Origin: Owenia fusiformis
Lineage: Eukaryota
Assembly (NCBI GenBank): GCA_903813345.2
Contig: CAIIXF020000001.1
Location: 37,882,001-37,946,000 of the forward strand
DNA: 64,000 nucleotides
Reading direction: 5' to 3'
Positions 51,101 through 64,000 of the stretch are shown piece by piece; positions within the stretch are counted from its first letter, which is position 1; every line of letters begins with the position of its first letter. The notes beneath the pieces were generated by a model, which saw nothing but the letters and a program-made list of their open reading frames with translations, was not told where the DNA came from and searched no databases. The position numbers and the translations under genes are program-made.

Positions 51101-52443
51101 TCTACTGCTGTTTTAGGTCCAAGTGGCCCACAAGGCTCGGGACATTATAGCAATATGCATAAGCAATCAAATACGCATTAATTATGTAAATAGTTTATAC
51201 TTCAAATATTGGAAGGAACGTACCAATACAATATTTACTACAATATTTTAGAGAGAATAAATGCATTCACCATAGGTGCCTTTTGAAAATGTAAATTGAA
51301 AGACTTCACATAATGACCTGTATTTACAAATATATTTTGGATATCTCAAATATTGCATTGTGATTTTCTCCATCCTATGAATAAACTGACGATAATATAA
51401 AAACATACCTATATATATTTAATTTAATTTTGCATAATCATAAGTGCATTAGTACTACATGCTGTACATATCAAAAGGATACATTTTATTGATAATTTAT
51501 AGTTGCATTTCTCTATAAACCTGTATATATAGTTAGTGTATAGATAGTATAAGTCGAAAGTACACCAAGAGCATTGATTCCAATGTGCCAAAACTAACAG
51601 GCTGCTGCTGTTATATTTACTCAACAGAATATTTTATAACATAAGTCATATCGAAAAATGTAAAAAGCACGCAAAATGTGAGTTTATAGCTGATGAAATG
51701 CATTAAAGAAAATACATGTAAAATATCACTATTTTGTGCATAATTGTGTTTATATAAAATTCATATTGGATGATCATATTGTTTTAGTGCATGCGATGTA
51801 TAGATTAACCCTAAATTATGACAGGTGTAAATTGTAATTAATTTATTACAATAAATGTAAATATAAAATTTACGTCCATTGTTCAGTTTTATTATCAGGG
51901 TAACAAGTATTATTTTCACCAATGGCTGTCTCAGATTCCATATTCACCAAATAATATAATTTTGATCGAAGCTCATCCAATGGGAGTATGTAATATAGCG
52001 TAATTGTCAGTGGATATTGTCATCATGATCTATGATGCAATTTGAGCTGAAATAAAAAGGCCTAGAATGAAAAGAAAAAACTCGAGAGAAGCATTGCTAG
52101 GCAAACAACTACACTCCCAAAAAAAGTTTATGTTTATGTTTGACCCACCCTCATATCAGGAAAGTCTGCAACGTGTGCGGGGAAATGAACGCTTTTTACA
52201 GTGTCATGTGTCTCAACCTCTATGACCTAAACTATCCTATGTCACATTTGCTCCAGCCCTTATACTGCCTGCCTAGCCACTACAGCATCCACGTGCCCCC
52301 TTACATTCTTAAATAATAACTTTGACGACTTGAAAGAATATTGTATGTCCATTAATTATCTGTATATGTGAACTAACAAATGAATAAAAACACGTGTCAA
52401 AAATCGATGTGTAAAGTTTTTTTTAATTTTATTTCCTTAGAAG

Positions 52444-53556
52444 GAATTTCCAAAATTTCCTAAGTTTGTTGATGAATATTTAGTGCAGGAGAGGGTGTCA
52501 GTCTCTTAATAAAGAATACGTTTCATAACATCTGACCATGGGTGTGAACGGAACATTGCACGAAATGTATTTTTGTATCGAGTTCTAAGTCTTGTGACAC
52601 TAAAGCCAGAATCAGATATATTAGGGTGAGAAAAATTACAAACAACACAATTGACATATTGATCTATTCCTTAAAAATCTCTAATACAATATCAGATAAT
52701 CTCCAAAAAGATTCACGATATTTTATAAATTGGTGTGGTTATTTAGGATTCAAAGTTCAAAAATAGCCATTCTTACAGAAAAATAATACATTATTGTAAA
52801 AATCTTTTCAAAAACATTTTCCTGAAATAAAGTGTGCACTGGGGATTTTTAGAAAATAGACATGAATTTCCAAAATTTCTTAAGTTCTCAAAGGAAACGT
52901 TTCATAACATCTGTTCCGTGTGAACGGAACATTGCACGAAATGTATTTTTGTATAGAGTTCTAAGTCATTAGATATATTAGGGTGAGAAAAATTACAGAC
53001 AACACAATTGACATATTAATCTATTCCTTACAATCTCTAATACAATATCTCCCAAAGGATCACGCTATTTTATAAATTGGTGTGGTTATTAAGGATTCAC
53101 AGTTCAAAAATAACCATTCTTATAGAAAATAATACATTATTGTAAAAATCTTTTTAAAAATCGTTTTCCTGAAATAAAGTGTGCACTGGGGATTTTTAGA
53201 AAATAGACATGAATTTCCAAAATTTCTTAAGTTCTTAAAGAAAACGTTTCATAACATTGCACGAAATGTAGAGTTCTAAGTCATTTTGTGACATTAAAGC
53301 CAGAATCAGATATATTAGGGTAAGAAAAATTACAGACAACACAATTGACATATTGATCTATTCCTTAAAAATCTCTAATACAATATCACCCAAAAGTTCA
53401 TGATATTTTATAAATTGGTGTGGTTATTCATGTTATTAAGGATTCAAAGTTCAAAAATGACCATTCTTATAGAAAAATAATACATTATTGTAAAAATCTT
53501 TAGAAATCGTTTTCCTGAAATAAAGTGTGGACTGGGGATTTTTAAAAAATAGACAT
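52444..53556 (+). repeat. Three tandem copies of a 350-420-bp unit
   Basis: Units start GAATTTCCAAAATTTC at 52444, 52864 and 53211 and end GGGGATTTTTA(G/A)AAAATAGACAT. Confidence 0.9.
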
Positions 53557-54528
53557 GACAAGGAATAACACGAGTGAGGAATATTTTCAAGATCTGATTC
53601 TCTCTTTAAAGTTTGGACGCATTTAACGCAGTTGTTAAATTGTAGATTTTAGAGTAATAAGGAGTATTTACAGATACCAAACCAAAGAACATAACATTTA
53701 AGCTCCTATTGATTCATTTATTTTCCTCATTCATTTTAATTTCAGTGATATTCTTCAAATAAACTATATTTTCTTCTTTTGAACATTCTCAACAAAGCCA
53801 CGGAATAATTCTTATTTGTCATTTTTATTTCCACATAACATGGTTAAAAAATAAAAAAGACATTTACACACTTTCTTTCCTGCTCCTTCTACATGATAAT
53901 CCTCCTCACCTGACATCTATATTCAAAGTCGTGAATTTTAACTTAACATGTAAAAGTATCAGTGAAAAGTTCACATAGCTCTCCTGTAATTTTTGTGTCA
54001 TTCTGATTGGTTTACCTGCATTATAGGCCTTAACAATTGTCAATATTCTTAGAGAATGTCTCTATATGATTGCTTCAAATTTTTCCTAAGAATTAAGACA
54101 TTTTCAATATATATGTTCCCATGGCAACCATTTAATAATAATAACATTAAAATAATAACATTTCAAATATGGCAAAACAATGTTTCAACATGACCTTTGG
54201 AAATTGAAAGATAAAGCCACAATTTGTGTATTCTGGGTAGAGGGTAACGTGAACCTACATGTTTAAAATTAAATAAAAAATAATGCAATACAATACAATA
54301 TCAGAGAGCACATGTGCCATACAATGTTGGAGACACACGTGCCATCCCATGTCTAAGACACAGTTCCTACAGAATGTCTAAGATACAATGTCATTTACGA
54401 TAAAATAATTACAACTAAGACCCATAAGCCATGAAATACAAGATACGACATAACAACATTTCTATGACATGATGCTTGAGCCATACAATGTCTCAGACAT
54501 ATGTGAACATGCAAAATGGCCCAGATAT

Positions 54529-54733
54529 CAGTGATCTTCCCAGCATTAAAGCAAGTTGACCAGCACCCTCCTGAAATTTTGAAAATAGGCTTGCACCCAC
54601 CTGAAAGTCCATTTGCACCCACTTGAAAATGCTAAAAATCATGAAAAATAGGCATATTTTGAGTAATTTTGATCTGAATTGTGAAAATGAGAATTTTGCA
54701 CCCATTTGAGAACAAATCCTGTGGAGATCACTG
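54529..54733. mobile_element. Short hAT-like MITE with 5-bp TSD
   Basis: TIR CAGTGATCT ... AGATCACTG flanked by GATAT on both sides. Confidence 0.6.
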
Positions 54734-54846
54734 GATATACATACAATATGATGTCTGAGAGTGAGATACAAATAGCATAATACCTAGACAATTGTTCACT
54801 ATCCAATACCTGATCAAAATATTAATCAATAATTCAGTATGATTTT

Positions 54847-57800
54847 CTAAGAAATCATGGCATTAAGAGGCTGTGGTTCTAAGGCAGCCATGTCATCAAA
54901 TTGTTCGGTAACAGTCTTGTTGGTGTCCTCTTTTTTGTCACCAGGGGCTTTAGCATTATCTTTGGATATAGCGTTATCATTAGAATCCTGCTTATTGTCC
55001 CCAGATGATGTTTTATTTTGGTCACTTTTTGAATCATCAGTTTTTGTGTCTTTACTTTCTTTATCCTCTGATTTGGACCGGGTTTTCTTCTTCTTGTGGC
55101 TTTTGTGTTTATGCTCCTTCTTACTCTGTTTATCGGCTTTGTCAGTAACAGACTTCTCCTCTTTGTTATCTTCAGTTGTGCTAGAGGGTTCGTCTTCAAC
55201 ATCCTGGAACTTATCGTGTCTCCATGTACTATCTGCTGCAGCTGGAAGTGTATGTATACTTGTGTGATACGTTTGTAGACAATTAATTCAATTTCAGATC
55301 AATTCCATCCTCTCTTAGAATGTACTTTAACTTTATCATTTCTTTCTTTTTCAAATTAATTTGTTGTTCCATTTTATAAATGCATGCATACAAACAAATA
55401 GTAATAATGGACATCTACCACTATAACAATGATATACGAGTTCATGGACATAAAAATTAACTTTGTTTCTTATCCTTACTTATTCAACACAACTAAAGTA
55501 CAACTTACAGCGTATACTGCGCCCTCTTCCCCTTCCCCTGTATGACCTAGGAGATGCAGATCTAGACCTAGATCTAGTAAAGTTGCTGGAGCTTCTAGAC
55601 CAGTATCCGCCTCCACGTCTCACAAGGCCAAATGACCTTCCACGGCCCCTGAATCCACCTCTGAAGCCACCACGACCTCCTCTGCTTTCTCTATTATCAT
55701 GCTAAAAAGAAGTACTAGTATATTGCAATTTTTAAAATCCTTTGCTTGAGCTTGACTTCATCTTATTTTCTCTGCAAATGATTCTACCTGTATATAATCA
55801 GATTATTTAGTTAGAAAATCATAAACCAAAATACAAAAGAGCATTTGAGACTATTGAGATCTTGAGATTATTGAGATCTCATAAGCTACAACACAGTAAA
55901 ATAATCTAAAACAGAAAGATGGCAATGTGGCTAGCCAGTGAGGATTTTAATCATTTTAAATAACTTGTTCAATCAAATAAACAGACAGAACAGAAATCCA
56001 GTAGTTTCTTGATATTAGACTACTATGCAGTTTGAAAAAATCAAATTCCTTCATGTTTTGGTATAGCAAAGGGTGACAGGGTCTACCTGCAAAGTCCATT
56101 GTTTAATCTGTTAGGCAAATCTAGACTTCCTATCAGTAAATGAAGTTTTATATTTCAATCTAAATTTACCTAGCATGCTCAAAATCTTATCAGATGTTGG
56201 TAAAAGTGTACCTGATGAAATATCAGCATGAATAAGATCTTGCGTCTGTAAAAATCCAAGTTGAAAGGATACGATTTATTCAAAATTGAAAAAGGTCATC
56301 AATGAATTTATGCAGCATGCCCAAAACCTTATCAGATCTTGCAAGTTAGCATTTCCCTAGAATTAGACAAGATTTATTGAGCCCCAGACTCCCCACCTGG
56401 ACAAGGGCACATATATCAGTACAATACAATACATGTATTTAGCACTTTGAAAAAGAGTGATAAAAACTTACCTCATAATATTGGTCCTTTTTTGGGACCA
56501 TCTCAGGGTTTGTCAGCCATGGTTCGTATGGCTTGTCTTTGTTTGGTCTCTGTGAGAAATCTGGTGGTGACGAACCCCTGCGGATGCCAACTGAAAAAAG
56601 GGGTTCATGAATTATTTGAAATTGCGTCAAGATATAGATGAGCACACCCTGTAATGAAAGAGCAGAACAATGGAAAAAATTCAATTTTTCTGCTCTTTCA
56701 AAAAAGGGTTTAAAAGATGACAATTTTTCATGTACATGTACTATTTTATGAAATTTCCTAAGATCTAATTGTCTTTTACAATATACCAATTTTTCAAGTT
56801 AACTGAAATTCAAAAATCCTATTCATAAGCAATAATAGCCTCCTGTCTATTGACAACAGAGAGCAGATGTTTAAGGAATTTTAAAGATGTCATGTATAAT
56901 GAAAAAGTCAGAATCAAATATTCCATTTAAAATAAAAATTTGATATTACAGTAACACATAATTGGTAACTGGAACATAAGTAGAACGTAGAAACATAACC
57001 CAGATAAAATATTCTTCTTTTTTCTGCCTTGTTCAGCTTTCTCCCTCAATTGAATCAAGACCAGAAGGCCCACATAGTCTAATCTATGGACATTACAATG
57101 TCATACAATAATGTCATAATGAAAGAAACAAAATCCACTGTAGTCTCCCCTGGCAAAATGTATCATGATCAAGAATAAAACAAATTTAACAAATTAGGCC
57201 CCAATCAGTTCAATAAGCAAATATTTAATTTAGAAGGGATACATTTTGTATTTTGCAGAGTTCAGAACAGAGTTGCAAAAATACTGAATAGACTACTATT
57301 TTTCAACCACATACATTAATTCAGTTATTTGAACAATTATTAACTTTTTGAGGCCTACAACATATAAACATAATGATTGGTCTATTATTAATAGGCTACT
57401 TAACAATTTACAGATGCAACACAATATCAAACTAATAGTATAAAATATACTAGCCTGCTAAAATAGACACTTCATGTATTGTAAACTCAGTGTACAAAAT
57501 CCCAAATTAAAATTCTCAGTTCAGTCCATCCAACAGATGTAATTTTGTACTTTATTTTCACAAGGAAGTTTACATCCAGCATTTTATATTATTCTATAAA
57601 TCTAGTATCATATCCAAGCTTGGGCTAAGAGTAGTCATTTTATGAATTGAACAGTGCGGTTGTTTATAATTTTTACCATTTTCTGGTTCATTTGCAGAGT
57701 GTTATCTTCAACATTGAGGTGTCATTTATTTTTACAGTAAACTGGTGTTTCACAGGTTTTGCAGAGCAGATTTCTTTTTAAGCCTGCATGTATTCACACA

Positions 57801-60800
57801 GGTTGTTTCCTTTCCTTCTTTTTATTTCATCCTTTGATGAAACTTTCGAGATTTATTTTGTGTTATTAGCATTCCAGCATATCTCTTTAGATATGCATAG
57901 TCTAGTATGACATTTTCCTCTTTAGACTTCCAACAACTTCATAATCTCAAGGCTTTGTTTTATCATTAAAATTTAATCACTAAAATCACTATTTCCATCT
58001 TCACTTTTTATTCCAAAATCATATTATAGTTTTTATATACTTAGCTTTAAAAACATTTATCAAAATGAAAGTTTTACGCTCAAAGATTTCCAACTATGTC
58101 CGTGATAATATATACTAGTGATGATGAATATGTTCACTCATTAATAGTATCACTACATAAAATAGCACCCTTTAGTGTTTTATGTATCATTTGCATGATC
58201 ACGTGATAATGAGAATCAAATTAAATGTCATTGGAAACTAAAATATTACACATCAATTAAAAATAACAGCCTTAACTTTCATAAACTTTGAATTAAAACA
58301 TTGGCACTGTACGATTGTGTCCTTTAATTATTTAGAGTCATCATGATCAACTGATTTAGCATCAAAGCTCATGATTGGTTATGGTGTTCCAAATTGAAAA
58401 CATCTAATATTAAACATCGCCATATAAATCAACATCTCCCTCATCTCCTTTAGAATCATTCAGGGCAGTTTTATCTGCTTTATTATCTTGAACATTGTCA
58501 GTTGATGATACCACATTTGGCTCTTTGCCATCTTTATTTGAGTCATTTTTTTCTTTAGGTTCTTCAGTGTTTGTCAGTGGGCTTGGTGATCTGCTAAGAG
58601 GATGGTCACCTCCAGGAGAATCTGTGCTAACCAGTGGGTCCAAGAACTGCAATATAACACCCGATTTCAAAATATCAATCAATGTAAAAAAAATCACTCA
58701 ATTTCAAGAAAATGCTAAGTACCAAGAAATTGCTCAATACAAAAGTGTTTTGTTCTAAACTTAGTAATAGTAGATTCAATATACAATTGTATTATTGAAA
58801 ATCATATTTGTTGTAGAGAAAGAAAATGAAAATTATTATCTCAAAATATGATAGAACTGCACTTCTTTTCCATAGTGACTTACAGTGACTGTGGTTTCCA
58901 AAGTGCTGACTGCTGAGTATCTATTCCACTTCTTCAGTTTCCAAAGGTCTATCACCATATTCCTCAGTAAGACCAGCTTGCCTGCATCACTCTGTACAAT
59001 TAATTCTGATTTGCTGTTCCACATTTTCACCTTGAGCACATCACCTTTTTGCTCAAGCATGAATTCAGATTTTTCAGATTTTTTACCTCCTGTGCTTCTT
59101 ACTAGCTGGTACTGAAACAGATTTGCAAAACCCTTACAATCATGTAACAAGTTTGCCAAAGAGCAGTACTTCAATCTCTATAAATTATCATGGAAACTTC
59201 ATATTACAAGTAATTCAATGGGTCTCTATCAACTTTGATATACATCCAAACCATGTGCTAGCCTTCTGCAAGCAATGGCTTCATCTCTACTATCACTAAA
59301 TTGCAAGAGGAAGTTTGAGGATTTTAAACAGAATCAACATTTCCCCTTGGAGATCCTCAAACCACCAGTTCTTGATTACAAATGACTGTCTTGAGGTGTC
59401 TAGGTGAGTGACAAATATGAGATGAGATGGTTGACTGTAAAAATAATTTTCTTAGCGAAAAATTTTGAAAATCCCAAATTCTGCAGTTTTTCTGCGCCAA
59501 CGCTCATAGATTTGTCATTCAAGAAACCCTTACATAAAGCCTTTTATAACATACCTATGATGATGTATAGCGCAAAGTGTACACAAGACAGCGGGCCAAT
59601 ATAAGTTTTGAAAACCCCGCGCCCGCTAACTTTCTTAACTTTCTGATTGGTCAAGGCGCTGACGTCATAACCAATCAATCGAAGATAAAACTGCGCGAGC
59701 AATTTTTCTAAACTCATTTCAATCATTTTCAAACCATTTGTTTGTCAATTCTATGAGAAAACGGTACTCTCTGACCAGTCTACTTCATCATAGGTATGTT
59801 ATAAATCGTTTATGTCACTATCGTGGCACATATGCCCTCGGTTCTCAGAGATCAATGTCCCTCCCAAGGTCAGGCCATATATCACTGAGACCTCGGGCAT
59901 ATATGCCACGATAGTGACATAACCTCTAAATATAACTTAATGCAATGGGAAATACTTACAGAAGTGACTCTTCCACGTAACGAGCAGCGAACCCATCTCT
60001 CACTTTTGAGAACCTCCTTCAAAGATATCTCAGGAGCATCAAAGTATGAATCTAGGAGGTTTTGTTTCACCCTGAAACACCCTGTCATGAATATCTGGAA
60101 AATATAACATTACAGTTGTACATCTTTTAGATAACTTTTATGTTGAATATGGTATTTTTCCTAATTTTTTGGATACCTATATGCGCTTATTGGAATCTCT
60201 CAATATCTTACCTTTTGAAATTATAATTTGGAAATTACACTGTGCGCTCATTAGAGAGAATACGGTATGTCATTTCCATAGCAATAAGCTTCGATCAAGA
60301 AAGAATCTAACCTTTGTTGAAATACTAAAAAATCTAGATGACAAAACTAACATGGGATTTAGTATTACACTTGGTATCAAAATGGTGTGTTACAAAAGTG
60401 GACTCTGAGTGTGCATTATTGGATGAATGTTGTGGTTATTCTTTTTGGCTTAGACATTGGTGGAATAAATCCAAAGAAATAAAACGCTTGATACTTACCA
60501 TGCTATTGTGGCTGATTCTGTATCCAGGCACACCACACGCAACATTTGGCCCAAAGCAATTTCCAACCACAACATAATTATCTTTTCGTAGAAGCTTGTG
60601 GTACTCTGGGGACAGCTCCTTTGTTTTATACTTGAGTAAGAAAAACTGGCCACCATCTGTGAGAATCTGTACATAGGTGTAGTCCTCATAGCGTTCGGGA
60701 TTACTTAGCACCAATCCAACTAATGAAGCAACTGAGGGGTGATCGAAATCAGGCTCCTCTACAAAGACAGCCCATCAGTTATACAGGGACTGGATAGCTC

Positions 60801-62381
60801 TGTGGTACTTACATGACCACACTTTTGCACTTTGTGTATTTTTTACAGTAGGTCTAGATTGTTCTGTTTTTCTTATTTTGCTCTGTTTTTGATTTCCTTA
60901 TACTGTACTCACTTTTGAGTAACTTGTTGTCTAGTTCCAAATGTTTTGATTGTATTTCTTTTTCCAAACAAATATCTCATTATTAGTTACTTTTTGGCAT
61001 GTTCATATTCTAATTAGTGGAAGTATTTAAAGTCACTTAAACTATAATACCAAACATTTCTCACTTGACATTATATTTTAGAAGGTTTTTGAGCATTATT
61101 CCAAACTCTTCAAAATATTATATCAATTACAAGCAATTAGCTTTAAGTTTTTCTTTTGAATTTCTAAATGTTCAAAAACAAATATAATGTGATGTACTGC
61201 TTCCATGTAAACAAAAAAATATGAATATTAATACCATACTTACAAAAAAATGAGGTTCCTTGTTCATGAACTGCAGCAATTTAGTGATCAATAACTACAT
61301 GAACAGTACAATGTATAGTTTATCTACATGTAAAGCGGTTCGATTTTGGAACCATTTTCATTTATTTTTCATTAACATTCTCATTTAAGATGTTTACTAA
61401 ACAGGCAATAAAACGTATCTCAATTGCTGCAATAGCAAGTATGTACAGAGTGAATACATGAAAGTACCACAGAGCTATCAACACTGTACGTATTACAGGT
61501 TCTGGATCCTCGTCAGCACTTAAATCTGCAGCCTTCCAACCTGTACAGCAAATTCAGCCCCTACATCGAGTATACAAAGACAAGATTAAATACCTCTTGA
61601 TTTGATGTCCTTACGCTTAGGATCATCATCTTTGTGGTCATCTCTTCTATCATCTTTACGATCATATCTATCATCTCGTCGGTCATCTCTACGGTTATAT
61701 CTATCATCTGTTTTGTCATATCTGTCATCTCTATATGGATTCTTCATGGAAGGTTCATCTCTCTCAGATGCACGTCGTCTCTGGTTTAGAGTAGATCTAC
61801 AACACATATCAATAAACATGAATTAATTCAGTGACTTACAGAAATAGCTGAAAAAGTCACCAAAAATTGAGAAATACAATAATCTAAATTTCATTTTGAT
61901 GCAGGACTACCTTCTTACATGTATTAAGTTATGTATAATGATATTAGGTTTGGGTCCAGGATTTGAGTTCATTATTGCAAACTAATTGAACAAGAGGTCA
62001 ATGACCATTCACCTGTCTAACAGAGCAAAGCATTCAACGAACCAACATCATTCATCATTCATACAACGTTTATTTATCTTATGTTAATCAAAGGGGTTAA
62101 CTCAAAAGTTTCAGACTCCACTTTTGAGAAAAATGGTACACCAAAAACAAAAACCAAAACAGCTTTTTACCTTTCAAATAATTTGGAATGAAATATGAGA
62201 CAGTGCTATGAGGTCTCACCTGGCATCCATTGGGTCTACATGTCTAGGTGTCTCATATCTGCTACTGCCAGGGCTAGATCTGCGACTGCCCAGTCTTGAC
62301 CTTAGATCATTCGGATCCCGCCTGTCATCATCCCTCCTCACACGATCCCTCTCCCTAGAATTCTCTCTATCTGGACTCCGT
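54847..62381 (-). CDS. BCLAF1/THRAP3-like RS/RD/RG-rich protein with Btz-like motif (3' part; 5' exons outside window)
   Basis: Exons 62381-62220, 61796-61594, 56590-56472, 55701-55509, 55241-54847; all phases compatible. Contains NPEMVPKKDQYYE-HDNR, an RGG/RS tract and WRHDKF, the split motif typical of Btz (CASC3) and THRAP3/BCLAF1 C-termini. Confidence 0.75.
58410..60758 (-). CDS. Four-exon tandem OB-fold (RPA/SSB-like) module; probable alternative C-terminus of the THRAP3-like gene
   Basis: Exons 60758-60499 (phase 1/0), 60094-59960, 59111-58884, 58646-58410 (stop), with three GTAAGT donors. Pattern ISLKEVL..RCSLRGRVT..KSEFMLEQKGDVLKVKMW..GKLVLLRNMVIDLW..STLETTVT fits an OB fold. Confidence 0.75.
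59433..59767. mobile_element. Degenerate MITE-like insertion with paired CCAAT boxes and a CRE palindrome
   Basis: ACTGTAAAAA ... AAACGGTA ends; internal CTGATTGG-TCAAGGCGC-TGACGTCA-TAACCAATCA. Confidence 0.4.
59810..59922. repeat. Foldback hairpin in an OB-module intron
   Basis: TTATGTCACTATCGTGGCACATATGCCCTCGG ... CCTCGGGCATATATGCCACGATAGTGACATAA. Confidence 0.85.
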
Positions 62382-62634
62382 CTACAAGGAATGTTGGGAA
62401 AAACTACATAAGGCAACACCAAAGAGTATCAAGTTTTAATAATAAAATAAGTTTTTTTTGTTTTCCTACAACTACAATGATGATTATTTCATTCAAAGAA
62501 CTGGACCAAACTCATTATGAAAATAATAACCTTTTATTAAGACCCCACAATCCAAATTCTGGACATAAATAAAACAGACACAGAAATTCAAAGATTGAGA
62601 TTGATGCTTGGATTTATCAGAATATCACAGGGAA

Positions 62635-63850
62635 ATACAAGAACACAAATGTGTACAAAATGTCCCCACCTATGGGTGATCCCGTCAAATGGTTATCCTG
62701 AAAATGAGTAGACAAGACTTTACCGACACAATTTGAGGATGGAAAATCCAAAATGGCCACCTTAAAATTTACCCAGAATGCAAAAAAATTAGTCAGTTCT
62801 AGATTTTCATACTAAGAACCACCCCTGAAAATGTGAAATTGATCCGTCATACAGTTAACCATAAAACATGTTAACAAAACTTTATAGACAAGATTTGAAG
62901 ACAGAAAATCCAAAATGGCTGCCTTGACATTTACCCAGAATGCCCAAAAACTAATCAGATCTAGATTTTCATACTAAGAATCATCCCTGAAAATTTGAAA
63001 TTGATCCACCATACGGTTCACCTGAAAACGCGTAGACAAGACTTTACAGACAAGATTTTAGGACGGAAAATCCAAAATGGCTGCCTTGACATTTACACAG
63101 AATGCCCAAAAACTAATCAGATCTAGATTTTCAGACTAAGAATCATCCCTGAAAATTTGAAATTGATCTATCAAACGATTCACCTGAAAACGAGTAGACA
63201 AGACTTTACTGACAAGATTTTAGGACGGAAAAATCCAAAATGGCCGACAATAAAAAAGTGATTATGAGTTTTTGCTGATTTCTTTTTACAAAATTATCAC
63301 ATATAACTATTGTTAACAATAACATAGGCTTTTACAACAAAGTACACCTGAAATTATTTATAAAGCTACTAAATAGTTAAAGTATGAAAACTGAACAAGG
63401 CACAGCCGTGAACAATATCGTACCTAAAACACAGCATTGTGGTCTTGTTGACCAAGAAAGCAAGATGGCCGCAGAAAAGTTAATCAGCTCTGGAACTTAT
63501 CACTGTGTAACATATGTAAAAATTTGAACGGTTTGGCTGGAAACCTGTAGACAAGTCTTGAAAGTGAAGATTTTAGGACGGAAAATCCAAAATGGCCACC
63601 TTAAAATTTACCCAGAATGCCCAAAAACCAATCAGTTCTTGACGTTGATATGTAGAAACATCCCTGAAAATTTCAGATGAATCCCTCAAATGGTTTGGCT
63701 GGAAACCTGTAGACAAGTCTTGAAAGTGACGATTTTAGGAAGGAAAATCCAAAATGGCCACCTTAAGATTTACCCAGAATGCCCAAAAACTAATCAGTTC
63801 TTGACGTTGATATGTAGAAACATCCCTGAAAATTTCAGATGAATCCCTTA
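62635..63850. repeat. Satellite-like arrays of about 162 bp, probably within HINE-type elements
   Basis: AAAATCCAAAATGGC recurs at 62743, 62905, 63067 and 63230, then about 63582 and 63744 (162-163-bp period). Confidence 0.85.
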
Positions 63851-64000
63851 AAGGAATATTCCTTGCCAAACAATCTCTCTCCTCATATGGTAGCTATAAC
63901 CATATATATGCTTGCCATGTTTAGCAAAACACGCAAAAATGTTTTGATATGGTCAAATTTGATCACTTAGAAATGTGATGCTCAATTCCAGTAAGCTGCC

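Noticed and set aside
61470..61540. Possible small exon GWKAADLSADEDPEP 53 nt after donor 61593
   Set aside because: The intron would be very short and no good phase-1 donor exists to rejoin downstream exons; unresolved.

Overview
AT-rich, intron-containing animal genomic DNA. The repeat types suggest a bivalve mollusc (inference). Four loci: (1) a 13-exon CCDC73-like coiled-coil gene (+, 1378-13815) with an apparent 1-bp frameshift near 11500; (2, 3) two divergently transcribed GATA4/5/6-class paralogues, GATA-A (-, 23833-16360) and GATA-B (+, 41737-49384); (4) the 3' part of an RS/RD/RG-rich BCLAF1/THRAP3-like (Btz-motif) gene (-, entering from beyond the window end, ending at 54847). Two structures stand out. 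First, in both GATA genes the N-terminal zinc-finger exon is followed after only 29 or 47 nt by a second exon with the same phases (1/0), the layout of sterically enforced mutually exclusive exons. In GATA-B this exon encodes a rewired C-X2-C-X17-C-X2-C finger; in GATA-A it encodes a finger-less peptide. Second, the THRAP3-like gene has two phase-compatible alternative C-terminal cassettes: a four-exon tandem OB-fold module and the three-exon Btz-motif module. Introns and UTRs carry many non-autonomous elements (pogo-like, Transib-like, Harbinger-like, hAT-like, Helentron/HINE-type, foldbacks) and tandem repeats. All exon structures were derived by hand from splice signals and reading phase; none is confirmed by transcripts.
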